A DNA stretch of 55,613 nt, counting the filler, from Catajapyx aquilonaris (taxonomy: Eukaryota), in the NCBI GenBank assembly GCA_000934665.2. It is 2 parts of 2 records of this genome, joined end to end, with 100 filler letters (N's around TTAATTAATTAA, not from the genome) between each part and the next. Parts side by side here need not be neighbours in the genome. Positions count along the whole stretch, not along the records: positions 1 to 27,760 come from JYFJ02005003.1; 1 more part is not named here. One strand, written 5' to 3'. How positions within the stretch are numbered: position 1 is the stretch's first letter; the number at the start of each line of letters is the position of its first letter. Positions 1-12,513 of this stretch are shown here, in pieces. The position numbers and the translations under genes were made by a program. Below the pieces are notes generated by a model. That model saw nothing but the letters and a program-made list of their open reading frames with translations, made no database searches and was not told the origin of the DNA.

Positions 1-125
1 TATTGTAACCCGGTGGCAAGGAATCCAACGGCGGAAGTCCGACGTCTCTGCGACGCCGGGAAGTGCGAAATCTTTTTCATCCTATATCCTCCTCCTCCTC
101 GGCGTGGGGCTTTATATATATTAGA
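1..125 (-). mobile_element. Possible Helitron-like 5' terminus, running off the left edge of the window
   Basis: The minus strand reads A^TCTAATATATATAAAG from 126/125, resembling insect non-autonomous Helitron 5' ends. The 3' end is not in the window. Confidence 0.3.
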
Positions 126-654
126 TTATGTCAAGTTTTAAATGGTCATACAGGTGCTAGGTACCGGCAAGAATTCTTATTTCAGTTTTGGTGGCATTCA
201 TAATTTAAAACTTGTTTCATGAGTGACATTGTTTACTAAATCTGACATTTAAATAAGGTGACTTTGCAATACTTTTTTTGTACAATGTGGTATCATTTCA
301 TTTGGGATATTACAAAGGGATACCTTGTTTACTTTTAATGTTAGTTTTAGTGACTAATATGTTACTTAAAAATAATCATGTTGTAGGGGAGGGTGGGGCT
401 AGTTATTACAATTTCCAGTTGATAATTTTTACATGGTGTGTATCTTAAGGGTTGTTTTTGTGGAAAAAAATGCTGCTTAATAGGTTGGACTTTGACCCTT
501 ACTGTGCATTTTTTTCATTTGAATATAATTATCACATCATGGTAAAAAATCATGTATAAGGAGATCGTGCACTCTGTAACAACATGCCTCACTGTGATTT
601 GATTAGCCTGTTTCATATGTAGTGGCCCAATTTCAAGTGGATTTGTCTTTTCAG

Positions 655-2532
655 GACCAGTGGGACTAACATCAAGTGGAGTGCTATTGATCGTTGGTGT
701 ACTCACCCACTGCTAATCAAGACTGTTGCTGACCGAGTGTTGGAGGAATTAAAACAATTTCCAGATGAAAACAGAGATGATGTGGTGATATTGTTCTCTG
801 CTCACTCACTTCCAATGAAGGTAATGAAACTATCAGCAAAAGAGCATTTGTAGATGGAATAATATGTTTTACTTTTATTTAAACTGACGATTTTAAATTT
901 TGTTTGCTATAATATAATCCCATTGTATGTTCGAACTTCCTAGGCATGGTTTTTTGGAAAATTTTAGTGGCAACACTGCTTTTCTGGCCAACTTCTAAGT
1001 AACAGGCCAGTGCTCATGAGCCATTGGATATGTTACAGTTTTCTCCAGGTTTTCATTCACCCTTTGGCTGCCATGGCCATTTTGGTTGCATTATAATGCA
1101 AAATAATTTTTTAAAATTCATGTGTATAACCCCGCCGGAAATTTCTTTCACCACAGAAACTAGACGAGTTACCTAGGGCTATGTTCATGAGTATTTACGC
1201 CATTCGCATGATATTTTAAATGTTATGACATAGGCCAAAGGTCTCATTCATTGTAAGCAAACATTTACTTCACGAATTTAAATACACATAGCTCCCGGCC
1301 GCATATTTTCCGATAAGTGGACGTGCAGCTGAAAACCATTTAAAAAATTCCGAAATTCTGCGATTTACTTTTCGGCGGGGGGAAAATCAGAACGATCTGT
1401 CAAGGGTAGGCAAACTCCCTGGTGCCATTTTGGTCGTAAAAAATGTCCTCGCTCCTAATTGGCCGGGCAGACTGCTCTGAGCTCTAGGCGGTGCCCGCTT
1501 GCCACCTGAGCCGCCTTTTTTTTTGCACCTGGTGACTTGCATTACCTTCGTTTAAACCGGCCCTTTAAAATGTTTAAAACAGGCACTTAATATTTTCATA
1601 ATTTATTAGAGGGAGGGGGGGGGGGGNGTGTAAGTTTACATAAGGTTTAGGAGGGCATAGTATCTGGTTAGGATGTTTTTTATCTTCATGGCTATACAGG
1701 TAGATATTGTTGCTAGAATATTTCTGAATTGGGGTTCAGGGCATCTAATCGTGGAGAAGTGCTGGGTCTGTAGCAGAGCATAGAAAAAATGATATGCGTA
1801 TTGTGTTAAGATCTGGCTGAGAGCCTTGAAATTACTCAATTTAATGTATGTGTTGAGTTGTTCATAAGAATGGCCGCAGTCGGTAAATATTTTCGTATAG
1901 ACCTAGATAATAATCATTTCTTTGACTTTAGTAAAGATTCTGTTTGTTTAAGCATATCATTAATTTTTACTTTGTTACACATCCTACAGACTGTGAACCG
2001 AGGTGACCCCTACCCTGCTGAAGTCGGTGCTACTGTCCAGCTAGTCATGCAGGAGCTGGGCTTCAGCCATGCATATCGACTGGTGTGGCAGTCAAAAGTT
2101 GGTCCTGTCCCGTGGTTGGCCCCATCAACAGAGCAAGCCATGAAAGGGTTTGTTCGCCAAGGCCGCAAAAACTTCCTGCTTGTTCCTATTGCCTTTGTTA
2201 ATGAACATATTGAGACACTGCATGAAATGGATATTGAATATGCCCAAGAATTGGCTGAAAAGGTAAGGTTTCGCAGTGCCTTCCATTTATTTCAGGGATT
2301 GATAAACTCTTGTTCATGGCAGATTGGAGCAAATCTCGTGCGCCGAGCTGCAGCTCCAAATGCACATCCACTATTCATCCGGGCCATTGCAGATGTTGTG
2401 ACCTCACATTTCAAGCGAGGAGGAATCTGCAATCCGCAGATGCTTGCTTGCTGTCCGATGTGTACAAATCCTGTGTGTGAGCAATCTAAACGTTGGTGGA
2501 AAGACATGTCCAATTTGAAGTGTAACAATTGA
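655..2532 (+). CDS. FECH: Ferrochelatase, last three coding exons (5' part lies outside the window)
   Basis: Exons 655-820, 1990-2262 and 2323-2532 with GT-AG junctions and compatible phases. Translation contains [35 protein letters not shown] and a C-terminal CPMCTNPVC ([2Fe-2S] ligand pattern of animal ferrochelatases). Confidence 0.96.
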
Positions 2533-2580
2533 AATATTAACGATTGTCTGCTGTGGCAGAACATTATTTCATTAACCATA

Positions 2581-2959
2581 CACCGTGTTAATGAAATAAG
2601 TACACATTTTTTGAGGAATGATAGAGGGTCCGAGACAAATATTTTTCACCTAGGAACCCATGTCCAGAAACGCCATCTAGAGAGGGTCAGTAGACATTGG
2701 AACGGGTTGGTTCAGACACGTCAGGCGGGAGGCACTAGGCGAGTGGACTGACAAACTTCTAGGGGTATAATAGAGGGGACCAAGACAAACATATTTCAAA
2801 TAGGTACCCGTGTACGGAAACGCATATGAGTGACATGTTCCGTGTTTGTGAACCCCCTCTAGATGGCGTTTCCGGACATGGGTTCATAGTTGAAAAATAT
2901 TTGTCTCGGTCCCCTCTATCATTCCTAAAAAACCGCGCACTTATTTCATTAACACGATG
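2581..2959. mobile_element. Tc1/mariner-type MITE just downstream of the FECH stop codon
   Basis: ~110-bp imperfect TIRs (CACCGTGTTAATGAAATAAG ... CTTATTTCATTAACACGATG) flanked by TA on both sides. Confidence 0.85.
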
Positions 2960-3767
2960 TATATTAAACATTTATTTTTTTATTACACAAACACCATCAG
3001 GGCTCGATTTGGTGAGAATTTCAATTCAGAAAACACATGAGTTTGAATGTAACCTCCCTTTGACCATGGGGAACATGTCAAGGCATAGATGTGATGTATA
3101 ACCTGCCACAGGCTATTTCTTAGAGATGTTTGCACCAGCACAGCCATGCTAAGATAATTTTGTCCTCGTCATGCAATCGATATATTTGCACCTGTCATAG
3201 TGGAAGATTGCATTAGACACATCTAAAACATACTGAATGTCTCGAGGCTTGTTGTCAAGGGATTAAACCTGCAGGAGGTGGCTGAAAGGTAGCAAGTATG
3301 GGGAACTGACTGGATTAGGATGTTTGCCACTAACCATGGGACCCTATTTTTCCAGATACATTCCGTCTCTCCCGCTATGAAACTTGTCCCATCCATTCTT
3401 GCATTAATCAGAGTTCACAGATACATTTCCAATGACAGCAAGAAGATTATTTATGTACCTGCAGACTCATATAAATAGACAATGATCATATACATCTGGA
3501 AATTCCACCACTCTACCTGTGAACGCCAAGCAAGCTAAAGGCTGTCAAGACTGGTGCAACACAAAACTGTTGGTAGTGACAGGCTGTGTATAGCTTGTAA
3601 ATACCGAATGGGAGAGACCGTCCTGAAATTTTTGAACATCATTATCCTAAGTTATTATTGTTGTCTTATGTTCTTGATATGAGCAATAAATATTTCTCAC
3701 AGCTATCAATTTAAATCAGGAACGATAATTTTATGAGGTTAAAATGATGTAGCCATGTGTTAAAAAA

Positions 3768-3770
3768 ATA

Positions 3771-3818
<48 letters not shown>
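3768..3818. repeat. (AAT)n microsatellite
   Basis: Direct reading of the sequence. Confidence 0.95.
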
Positions 3819-3880
3819 CCTTGGGTAGTGCTTTTACCCCTACTGGGGTTTCTCGCACGGACCTTTATTGTACCGTTGTT

Positions 3881-3985
3881 TGTACTATCAGTCCACCAAG
3901 AATTGTCGTAGCGGCAGAGCACGAACTACAGTCTACGAGCACTTCTGGGGGGAGAAGTGCTCGTAACTGTAGTTCGTGCGCCACT
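3881..3985. mobile_element. Truncated copy of the small palindromic MITE also seen at 25384-25510
   Basis: TGTACTATCAGTCCACCAAGAATTGTCG...GCACGAACTACAGT...ACTGTAGTTCGTGC shares sequence with 25384-25510 and forms an internal hairpin. Confidence 0.7.
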
Positions 3986-4689
3986 CCACCTCCCTTACAT
4001 GTATCCATGTGTTTTTAATGAATAAAGTCAATACAAAAACATGCATCCTCTTTCATAGCAGGATACTGCACCAACCACCACAAATGTAAAATTTTGATGC
4101 CTACTTTTATTTTGATAGATGCCATCAGTCTGATATCAAATGCTGATTGATGATTGATCATGCCATTATTTATTCCAATGTGATAGACAATTATTTTTGT
4201 ATCTTTATTTTAAGGAAATGGCTCCTAAAGTGTATAACATCCTTTTGATATGTGGAAAGAAAATAATAATCTCGAGGACATACTTTCTGCTAGACGATTG
4301 TTTGATGGAATACGTGTGAATGGAAAAAGTGAAAGCTAGTTTCGCAAGAGCGTGAAAATCAATGGAGATGCAGAGGTTCAAATACATGCAGCCCTTCGGT
4401 TACGTACAACTCGACTGAAGACTTTCCATACTTATGAATGGGCTCCTAAGGCTCCCCATAAGGATAATTTATAATTTAATACTATAAAATTAAATCAATA
4501 ATTTGGGAACTACTTCCACACAAGTATATAACCAAACTCACATGGTGGAAGTGGATTCTTTACTGTAGTGCTCTCACACAGCATCACTTTCATTGTAGGT
4601 TTTTATTCTATTTTGTAAGCCTGTGATTACCATTATGACCATGCAAAGATGCAAGTCCAGGTGAGCCTGCAGTGAAGAGAAAGGTATTA

Positions 4690-5592
4690 CGAGGGTCGTT
4701 TGGAAAAGATTCGCACTCGATTTATTGTCGCGGCATACGTGTGGCTGCATGAAGTTAGCATTTGCCTCAACAGGGGGAGCCACTAGTACCCTACACTCTG
4801 TAAAAAGTTTGTCATATTCACCGCATCAGGTCAGCGACAGTGGCACTTGAAACGCGGGAGGGTGTAGACTGGCGTGGACAAGATGGAAATTCATGAAGCA
4901 GATCCCACAGGGTTTCTTGCAAGACTCGTCACAGGGGACGAATCTTGGTTCCACTACCACACGCCGGAGAAAAAATGTCAGTCGATGCAGTGGAAACACG
5001 TTGGCAGTCCCAGGCCGAAGAGGTTCAAGGCATCCCCGTCAACCGGCAAGCGGATGGGAACAGTGTTCTGGGATGCACAGGGAATTCTTCTGCTGGACTG
5101 GCTGGAGCAGGGGTCCACATTGAACAGTGCCACCTACTGCATCCTGCTGCGTCATCTGCATCGGAGGATTCAGCAAAGGCGCAAGGAGAAATGGGTGCGA
5201 AAGGTGTTGCTCCTGCACGGTAACGCGTGGCCTCACACAAGCCGCGCAACAACACAATCACTGCTCGAGCTTGGTTACACTGTGTTGTCACACCCACCCT
5301 ATTACCCGGACCTGGCACCTTCTGACTATGGACTTTTCGACGTGATGAAGGAACCCCTCCATGGACGAAGATTTGCCAATGCAGCTGAGCTCCAAAGAGC
5401 TGTCCATGACTGGGTGGTGAGGGTACCAAAAGACTGGTTCCGAGAGACGATCATGAAGTTGCCAGGAAGGTGGCAGCGGTGCATCGACCTCGGTGGAGAA
5501 TACATTGAGGCAGCCCAAGTGTGATTCAGCCTCTTCAAGTACATGTAGTGGCCAAAAAAATTCGAGTGCGGATCATTTCTGAACGACCCTCG
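4690..5592 (+). mobile_element. Internally deleted mariner (DD34D) transposon
   Basis: TIRs CGAGGGTCGTTTGGAAAAGATTCGCACTCGA / TCGAGTGCGGATCATTTCTGAACGACCCTCG with TA target duplication. At ~0.9 kb it is shorter than a full mariner. Confidence 0.92.
4874..5524 (+). pseudogene. Mariner transposase catalytic-domain remnant
   Basis: Motifs TGDESW, LHGNAWPH (canonical HDNARPH, second catalytic D changed to G), PPYYPDLAPSDY and WQRCIDLGGEY. The N-terminal HTH is missing. Confidence 0.9.
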
Positions 5593-7649
5593 TACAACGG
5601 GAACGAAAGTAGAAATAATAATCAAACGTTTGGAGAGAGGCCAGACACCACCAGTCATTCATTGGGAAAGAACTAGGCTTCAGTTTCTCTAATATCAGAA
5701 CATTATAACTTCATAATTATGCCCTAAAAATATAGCTGTAATTTGACAAATTTCAAAATTATCTAGGGCCCCGGAACTTCAGCTAGTATTGGCTTGCCAG
5801 GGCCGCCAAAATCTATGGTAGGCCTAACTGGATACTGAAATCCTTGTTGGTGCATGGCATAATAGTTATACCAGCTCTTTTATGCATGGCTCAGGCCTCA
5901 GGCTAGATCCAATCTGAACCATAAAAAGACACCTGAATTCTCAATTCAGGCTGCACTTGTCTCACCTTTGCATTTTAATACCAAAAATCAGATTTTCGCC
6001 ATTATTTTATCCTAATAAATTGAATGAACCACACACCATTGGTCTTGTCTGGGGGATGTTTCTTTTAAAATTATTATTATTACGTATTATTATTTTGAAG
6101 GGCAAAAGGCGTTGTTCAACTCAGTAGTTGGCTAATGTCTGTTTCAGACGATGATAAACAAATTATTATTTTTACATCTGGGGCCTTGAACCCACCCCTC
6201 ACCACCCCCTGGACAATTGCGAAAGGCTCTGAAGAAATTGAACAGACAATACAATAAGAATAAAATACTCAAGCTCCTCTTTACAGTCACCAACCGCAGG
6301 AGTGTCAGCGTCTCACCCTGGCATCAGCTTGCATCAGCTAAAAAGATGTGTCTTGCCAATTGTGGCACACATGATTCAGTCATGGTTCAGAAAACATTGG
6401 ACAGTGGTCAGTGCAACAGAAAGTGACTCACTTGGTGGGTTAAGCCTTATTCATTTAATTTAATGATCCATATGAGAATACATCAGGAACACAATCATCA
6501 TGAAGGTACAGTACTGTACTTTTTCATTGAACAGACCAAATTAAGGAGGCATTGTGGTGTCACAAATATTTCATAATTTTTTTACCATGTACCTTGTTTA
6601 TGCCTGGTTTATGCACTTTTCTAAAAATTACAATATTGTGATCATTATAATTTTAGAACAGTTCCTGTTGACATCAACCCGAACCGCCGAACGTACCTAG
6701 GCAAAACAGAACGCACCATAATAACGGGCGTTTGTCGCTCTGTTTTTCCCTGCTGCAGTCGCTGGGTTTGCTGCCCAGATACTTGATTTGTGGGTTGCGT
6801 TGCCTTGTGCTAGAATGGAGATACCTTGGGATAGGATGCTTTCTTTGCTGGAAATGAGTCTGATACAGTCGGCCAGAATAGAGAGGAATGGTGGATGACA
6901 TCGAGAGGAGAGCTGGAAGAATTGAGGATTACATCTCCAGCTGGAGGGAACGAACAGGTGGGGAGAAGTGAAGGTGGTGAGGAAAGGAGGTATAGAGGGG
7001 TTGTGTGTAGCTTTGAAAAGAACCGTACTTGCCGGGCGCAGTCTAATGACTGTATTCTCAGGGTGTTGAAATGTTTTAGAGTTACATAGCCTAACTTCAA
7101 TTTTTGGACAAATTTTGGTCATTTCCGCACTCTAAGCTCGGTGTTGTTCGACTCAGCTCGTTCAGCTGATTCAGAATCTGCTGAACGAGCCAAGTCAAAT
7201 AGAGTAAAAAGCAGCTGTTGCTTTCAGATTCTGATGGCAATCTGCATGACTGTGAGAAGCCACCAAGCTACAAGCCACAAGAAATGATACGAATTCCACT
7301 CACAATGTTGAATTATCGTGAGGATGAGTTAGCCTTACAGATGGATATGGCAGAATCTTTGGATGTAGAAGTGAGTTGGATGCCACATTCAAGAAGCAGT
7401 ATAGTTTTTAAAATTGGCATTATATCAAGAGTCTTAGTATATCAAAATACTAGATTGGTTCCACCAAAAGCACACAAACACTGAGCAGTTCTCTGAAAAT
7501 GCTACTTACTACCATAGACCTCAGCGCTATTTGTGGAATTAATTGTAGGCCTATCTAAGAAATTTGTAAGGGAATTGTAAAGGAACTTAAGGATGAAACT
7601 TGTGTGGACTATTTGGGCCAAGATTATTACTAATGCTTAGCATACTTAA

Positions 7650-8530
7650 CCCTGTACTGCACACATTTAGGATTGTGGGAAGAAAAAAATTCTAACGCCT
7701 TTTTCTCATCATATGCGACGTAAGGATGGTTTTAATTATGTTTTGGTCATCTCTGACCCAATGACTTTGAAGTTACACCGGGTGAGTCAAAAGTCATGGC
7801 GAGTATTTTTTTATTCAAAAATGGTAACACATACAGAGATGACCTTTGCTAAGTTTTGAAGGTCCGGTGATTACAATTTCATCTGATAAATAGATGGCAT
7901 CCATATCGCAAAGGGGACCAGAAAACTAAAGGCGATCATAACCCCCACCCTTCCACCGTCTCATGCAGCTCGGGGTGGGGGGTCACCATTCCCTTTCGTT
8001 TACCGGCTCCCCTTGAGACCTCGGGGCCATATATATTCCCGTCAAAATTGTAATCGCCGGGCCTTTAAAACGTAGTAATGGTCATATCTGTACATATTTC
8101 CGTTTTCGAATAAAAATAGTACAATGACTTAGGACTCAAACCTCAAGCAATATTGTGCCTGTGCCGCCAAAAAATTGTGATAAAATTGTGCTGGCAAAAT
8201 TAGAATGGCCTCAAATGGCGACGAGAGAGCTACTCTTGCAGTGTTACACATGCAATTCGATATTTAATATCTGCACCTATATCTAATCAGCGCCAGAAAC
8301 AATTGCTGCTTCAGCAAATTCAAATTTCGCGCCATTTTCAACGACCTTGCCTCCTCTCCGCTTCATACCATATCCCGATCGTAACATTGTCGACATTGCA
8401 TGTCATCCAGCGGAAGGTAACAAACTAACGGTGACATCAAGCCACACTGTGGGTTCCAGGACCAATGTTGAAGCTTATGGCGCCTGCGCAAATTAATTGT
8501 TGCCCTCAGGCAACAATGCCCGCTACAGGG
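7650..8530. mobile_element. piggyBac-like non-autonomous element
   Basis: TTAA-CCCTGTA ... TACAGGG-TTAA termini. Confidence 0.65.
7776..8142. mobile_element. Tc1/mariner-type MITE nested in the piggyBac-like element
   Basis: TA-CACCGGGTGAGTCAAAAGTCAT... pairs imperfectly with ...ATGACTTAGGACTCA; the inverted arms extend ~100 bp. Confidence 0.55.
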
Positions 8531-8595
8531 TTAAATCATGACACATTTTGTAGATTGCTGGTAGATGGTCATTGAACCAACCAAATGACCTTCAA

Positions 8596-8881
8596 CCCTG
8601 GAACCGTGCCGTGCCTACGAGTATTACGGCAACCGTGCCGTGGGGTCTTTTCGGACCCCACCATATTTTTATTTTTATTAATAATTATTACATAATACTT
8701 TTCAATGTATTGACTATATACAATCATTCTTTGAACAATGCCTAAAATGATCACTAATTCAAAATAAACCTGCACTTCCTGTTATATACTGTAAAAAAAA
8801 TGGCAAAAGTTCATTGTAATGATCATTTTAATGCATTTTTGTCCTTGGGGTCCAAAAAGACCCCAAGGCACGGTTCCAGGG
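8596..8881. mobile_element. piggyBac-like MITE
   Basis: TIR CCCTGGAACCGTGCC / GGCACGGTTCCAGGG, flanked by TCAA and TTAA, with subterminal GGGGTC-n-GACCCC palindromes at both ends. Confidence 0.8.
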
Positions 8882-11327
8882 TTAAAACTACTTTTGTACT
8901 GACTGGAATTGTTTCAAATCTGACGCAAAGCCTACATTGCAGGAAGACTGGAAACCAGTAATAAATTACGCAGCAGAAGACTCGGATCGAAGTGAAGCTG
9001 AAAATAATGCCAACCCACTTCAGACAGAGTCCATCCCAGGGATCATCAGATGAAAATGGTGGCCCTGAGAATTCCAGCCACCTTCAAACAAAAATCATTG
9101 AAGAGGCTCATGCACCTCAAGGATCATCAACATTTCAGGTGACTGTTCTAAATGGAGTGAGTTGGACTTTTTCTGACCAAGGTTTCTTCTGAATGTAGTC
9201 AATGGAGTTAATGAGTTGCAATGGTCCTTAGGCCATGCATGTGTCATTGAAAAGATTTTCTGTCTGGTTGCCTTCAGCACTCACGTCTTGCAGCAGTTAA
9301 GTAACCACACTGCAGTCAGAAGTCTTTTTTTGTTTGTTTTTTTTTGTTAAGAAAATCTATAAAGTAGTTTTTTGGCTACTGTGCAACTGGACCATCGACC
9401 ATGTTGTGCAGAGTTATACAAGTTGAATTACGTCTCAGTTGCATCAACAATGTGATGTGTTTAATTGCTTAATCATCACATACGTACCATTTTTACCTGC
9501 AGCATAATCAAGAGGCAGCTCTCATGAAAGCAGTCAGAGGCGCCTTTAAGTGGGATATGCATGAAGACATTTAAGACCAGATTTGGCCTCTTGGCATGCG
9601 TAAATTCACATGAAAATGATTAGATCTGTAAGAAACATGATCGTGACCATGATACGGCTGGCAGTAATGCCATCCAGACTGATGAGGAATTTAATAAATG
9701 GACGGAGAGCATCCGTTAGGAAGAGAGTGACAGTTTAGAGAAGGTGCATGTGTCACAGGAAAAAGAGGAAGACAGTGGAAGAGAGAGAGGTACTTGGTAA
9801 CCATTCAACTAATCTATTATTTTACTACATTGCACTCCTTGTAGCATCATCATTTTGAGTACCTTCAGCTGAGACATTGATAGAATTAAAATTTTCAACC
9901 ACTTGAGATTCTTCTACTGATTCATCTACTGTATATTTAATGTTCCTTTCTTTTTCGCAGGACAAATTAATTTCTACTTTGCATTTATCATCCGAGGACA
10001 AGGGATTGGAAAGAGCTGGCTGCACAAGTGAATTAGGCGATACAAGTCAATCCACTGGAGTCGCATTAGAAGTAGTGAAGCAGGAGGAGGAAGAGGATTG
10101 GTGTGGGATTGTAGCCACAGAGAGTCATTGGACAGGAACAGATGAAGAATATCTTTTGGCTTCACCTTCCCCCAAACGATCTTCACAATATTCCATTATT
10201 GAACAGCAAGTGCCCCTTACCCATTTTCTCTTCATGATACGTATGCAATTCATCCAAATGAAATCGGACCCTCAATCATCAAGCGACTTAGGGAGGAAGC
10301 CTCCAACAATCCTGTGAGAATGGCAGTTCTCCTGACTGTAGTCATGCATAAGGACAGTATTCGATACCACTGCTATTGCTCTGGAACAAGCGGAAAAGGA
10401 CGGTTTCCCGATATAGGTACGAACAAGATCCAAGAAATTATATATTTGGAGTTCAATGCACCCAATGATGTCATGTTGTGGCGAAAGTGTGTGGTTGCCA
10501 TTGACCAGTCAAGCAGAAATTTAAAGAAGAAGCTGAAGGATCTGCGGAACTTGCTCCTGACCAAGCAGCTATCTTCTGATTGTATTGCAAGAAAGTGATT
10601 AGTGCCGCTCTTCTGACTCTCACGACTGCCTTCCGTCATGAAAGCATAAGGACATGCCACATGTTGCTCTCCTTTCTAACCACTTTTCAGGCATAGTGAA
10701 ATAAATTATGCTGTACAGACACATTTTCATTCAGAGGTTCGGGACAAGCTGTAATCCACCTGCAGTCTTTTTCATTGCGTGGAAATTCAGGACTGTAGTG
10801 TATCTTGTAACAGAAAGGTACAAATAGGGATGGCGATTGATCTGTAATAGGATTGTTTTATAAAGGACACCAACATGTTGCTGCACAGCTCCACTTTTTC
10901 TAAGACTCCCATTGCCACACTGACACTTTTATTTTTTGCTCACAGGCTTGATTGGATCCACAGGGACAAAATTTTGACACAAGACTGACTGACAGATGAT
11001 CAACAGCAATGACAACAAGGGTGTCAAAACGTGGTGATTGTGAACAAATGCAGCTTGATTTTCCATCTTCTTTAGCCCAAGTTCTCCCATCCTGCTACCC
11101 ACACGGCATTTTCAGAAACCTGTGACCAAAGCTACTGGCACAACTCTGTCTGGCTGATGAAATGGCGTGCGACACAGGATTATCTCCTTCAGCGGACCCT
11201 TCTCCTACTTGACACTTGGCCCATGCAGGTACGCTGGTATTAATATTTTGTTTCGTAAGCTGTTGTTGGAGTACACAGCCTATTCTGTTGCATAGTTCAA
11301 TAGTCTCAATCTACATTTTTCACTTCA

Positions 11328-11607
11328 GGGAGGCGTGGTAGTCTAGTGGTTACGCCACTGGCTAGCCAAGCGGGAGGCCGGGGTTCAAATCCCGTCCCCG
11401 TCACCTCTGCTTGGCCGGGTCTTTTTCCGCTTTTCACCCGACACGCCGGGGCAGCATTGCACTCCCTTAGCTGCCCGGGGCCAGAGAAAAGGTCTGGTGT
11501 ATCTGAGAGAGTCGTGAGTGACTATAAACCGAGGATGCCCCCCCTTGGGAACCTTCCCTTCCCCCCAAAACGAGCCGAATGGCTCGAGCACGGAGTAATA
11601 ATAATAA
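11328..11607 (+). mobile_element. tRNA-derived SINE (family A)
   Basis: A box TGGTAGTCTAGTGG, B box GGTTCAAATCC, 3' stem-loop, (AAT)n tail, and a 16-bp TSD TACATTTT(T/C)CACTTCA. Confidence 0.88.
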
Positions 11608-12100
11608 TACATTTTCCACTTCACAGCCACCATGCAGTTGGAGTCGCCAATAAGCTGCACTCAGGCAAGTGGCAGACAGTCAACCTGGTGGGGAGTCCAG
11701 AGAAGGTGGGCTGGAGTAGGATGTACGGGAAGGAACACATTCCACATAATGATGCCTCTTGGAATGTTGCAAAGGTGGGTGCATTGGTTGGGTCTCTCCG
11801 TTTGCTGGGCATAGGAACTTGGCATTTAACTTGTTACTGGGCCAGGAACACATTTAATAATGATATGGTAATACTTGGTAAAATAAGGCAATGTCTGCAG
11901 TCAAGGTGTAATTGCAATGTTGTTGCTTGGCCATTTTGTGAGTTCCCCTGGGTGGTTAGTGTCAAGTAGTCCTACCTCAGATGGAGCCAGGGATGACCCA
12001 ACTCTGGATGAGATGCAATGGGGAGAGCCGAGGCTGTGTGGTGGATGAATACCCACAATTTTATCCAAATATTTATTATCTCACTTAATGAACATAGTCA

Positions 12101-12470
12101 GGGGGAGGTGTGGTGGCCGAGATGGTAACGTCTCGGCTTTCTGAGTGAAAGGCCCCAGGTTCGATCCCCGCCTGGGGAACTTTCCTTTCACCTGCGTCGG
12201 GAGGGTCTCTGACCTGCACCAAGGAGGTGTCTGGCAACCTAACCTCCTGGGGGACTGCACATGGCCCAAAAGCCATAGGACAATGCACCTGCACAAGTGT
12301 CCCCTCCCCAACAATCCCTTTCCCTACCCTATATCCTGAACCAGCCCTTGCACGGAGATCGAAGAAAAAAAAACAGAAAACTGATGGTGCTATGCCACCC
12401 CCCTAAACGAGCCGAAGGCTCGAGCACGGGGTATCAATAAATAAATAAATAAATAAATAAATAATAATAA
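12101..12470 (+). mobile_element. tRNA-derived SINE (family B)
   Basis: A box TGGCCGAGATGG, B box GGTTCGATCCC, the same 3' stem-loop as family A, (AAAT)n tail, and a 15-bp TSD TAATGAACAT(A/G)GTCA. Confidence 0.88.
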
Positions 12471-12513
12471 TAATGAACATGGTCATTGCAATACTCATTA
12501 TGGCTATCACTAT

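Larger units (their letters stand above)
6815..10598 (+). pseudogene. Putative 5-exon pseudogene with a degenerate C2H2 zinc finger and a C-terminal BEN-like domain
   Basis: Candidate exons 6815-6957, 7228-7370, 8943-9138, 9503-9789 and 9961-10598 with GT/AG junctions; several frameshifts and stops. FK[C]GICMKTFKTRFGLLACVNSH at ~9545-9612. NNPVRMAVLLTVV...CSGTSGKGRFP...KIQEII...WRKCVVAIDQSSRNLKKK resembles a BEN domain. Confidence 0.55.

Noticed and set aside
1858..2532. 224-aa ORF as a single-exon protein
   Set aside because: It reads through intron sequence (1858-1989) and a stop-free 60-nt intron (2263-2322); the spliced model fits ferrochelatase better.
10940..11095. Minus-strand signal-peptide-like exon (LTPLLSLLLIICQSVLC)
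   Set aside because: No convincing downstream exons or homology could be recognised.
11328..11405. tRNA genes here and at 12101, 17654, 18994, 45233 and 47385
   Set aside because: They have A and B boxes, but continue into SINE bodies with simple-repeat tails and TSDs; these are SINE heads.
11346..11969. 207-aa ORF
   Set aside because: It begins inside a SINE and runs through its microsatellite tail; no recognisable domain.
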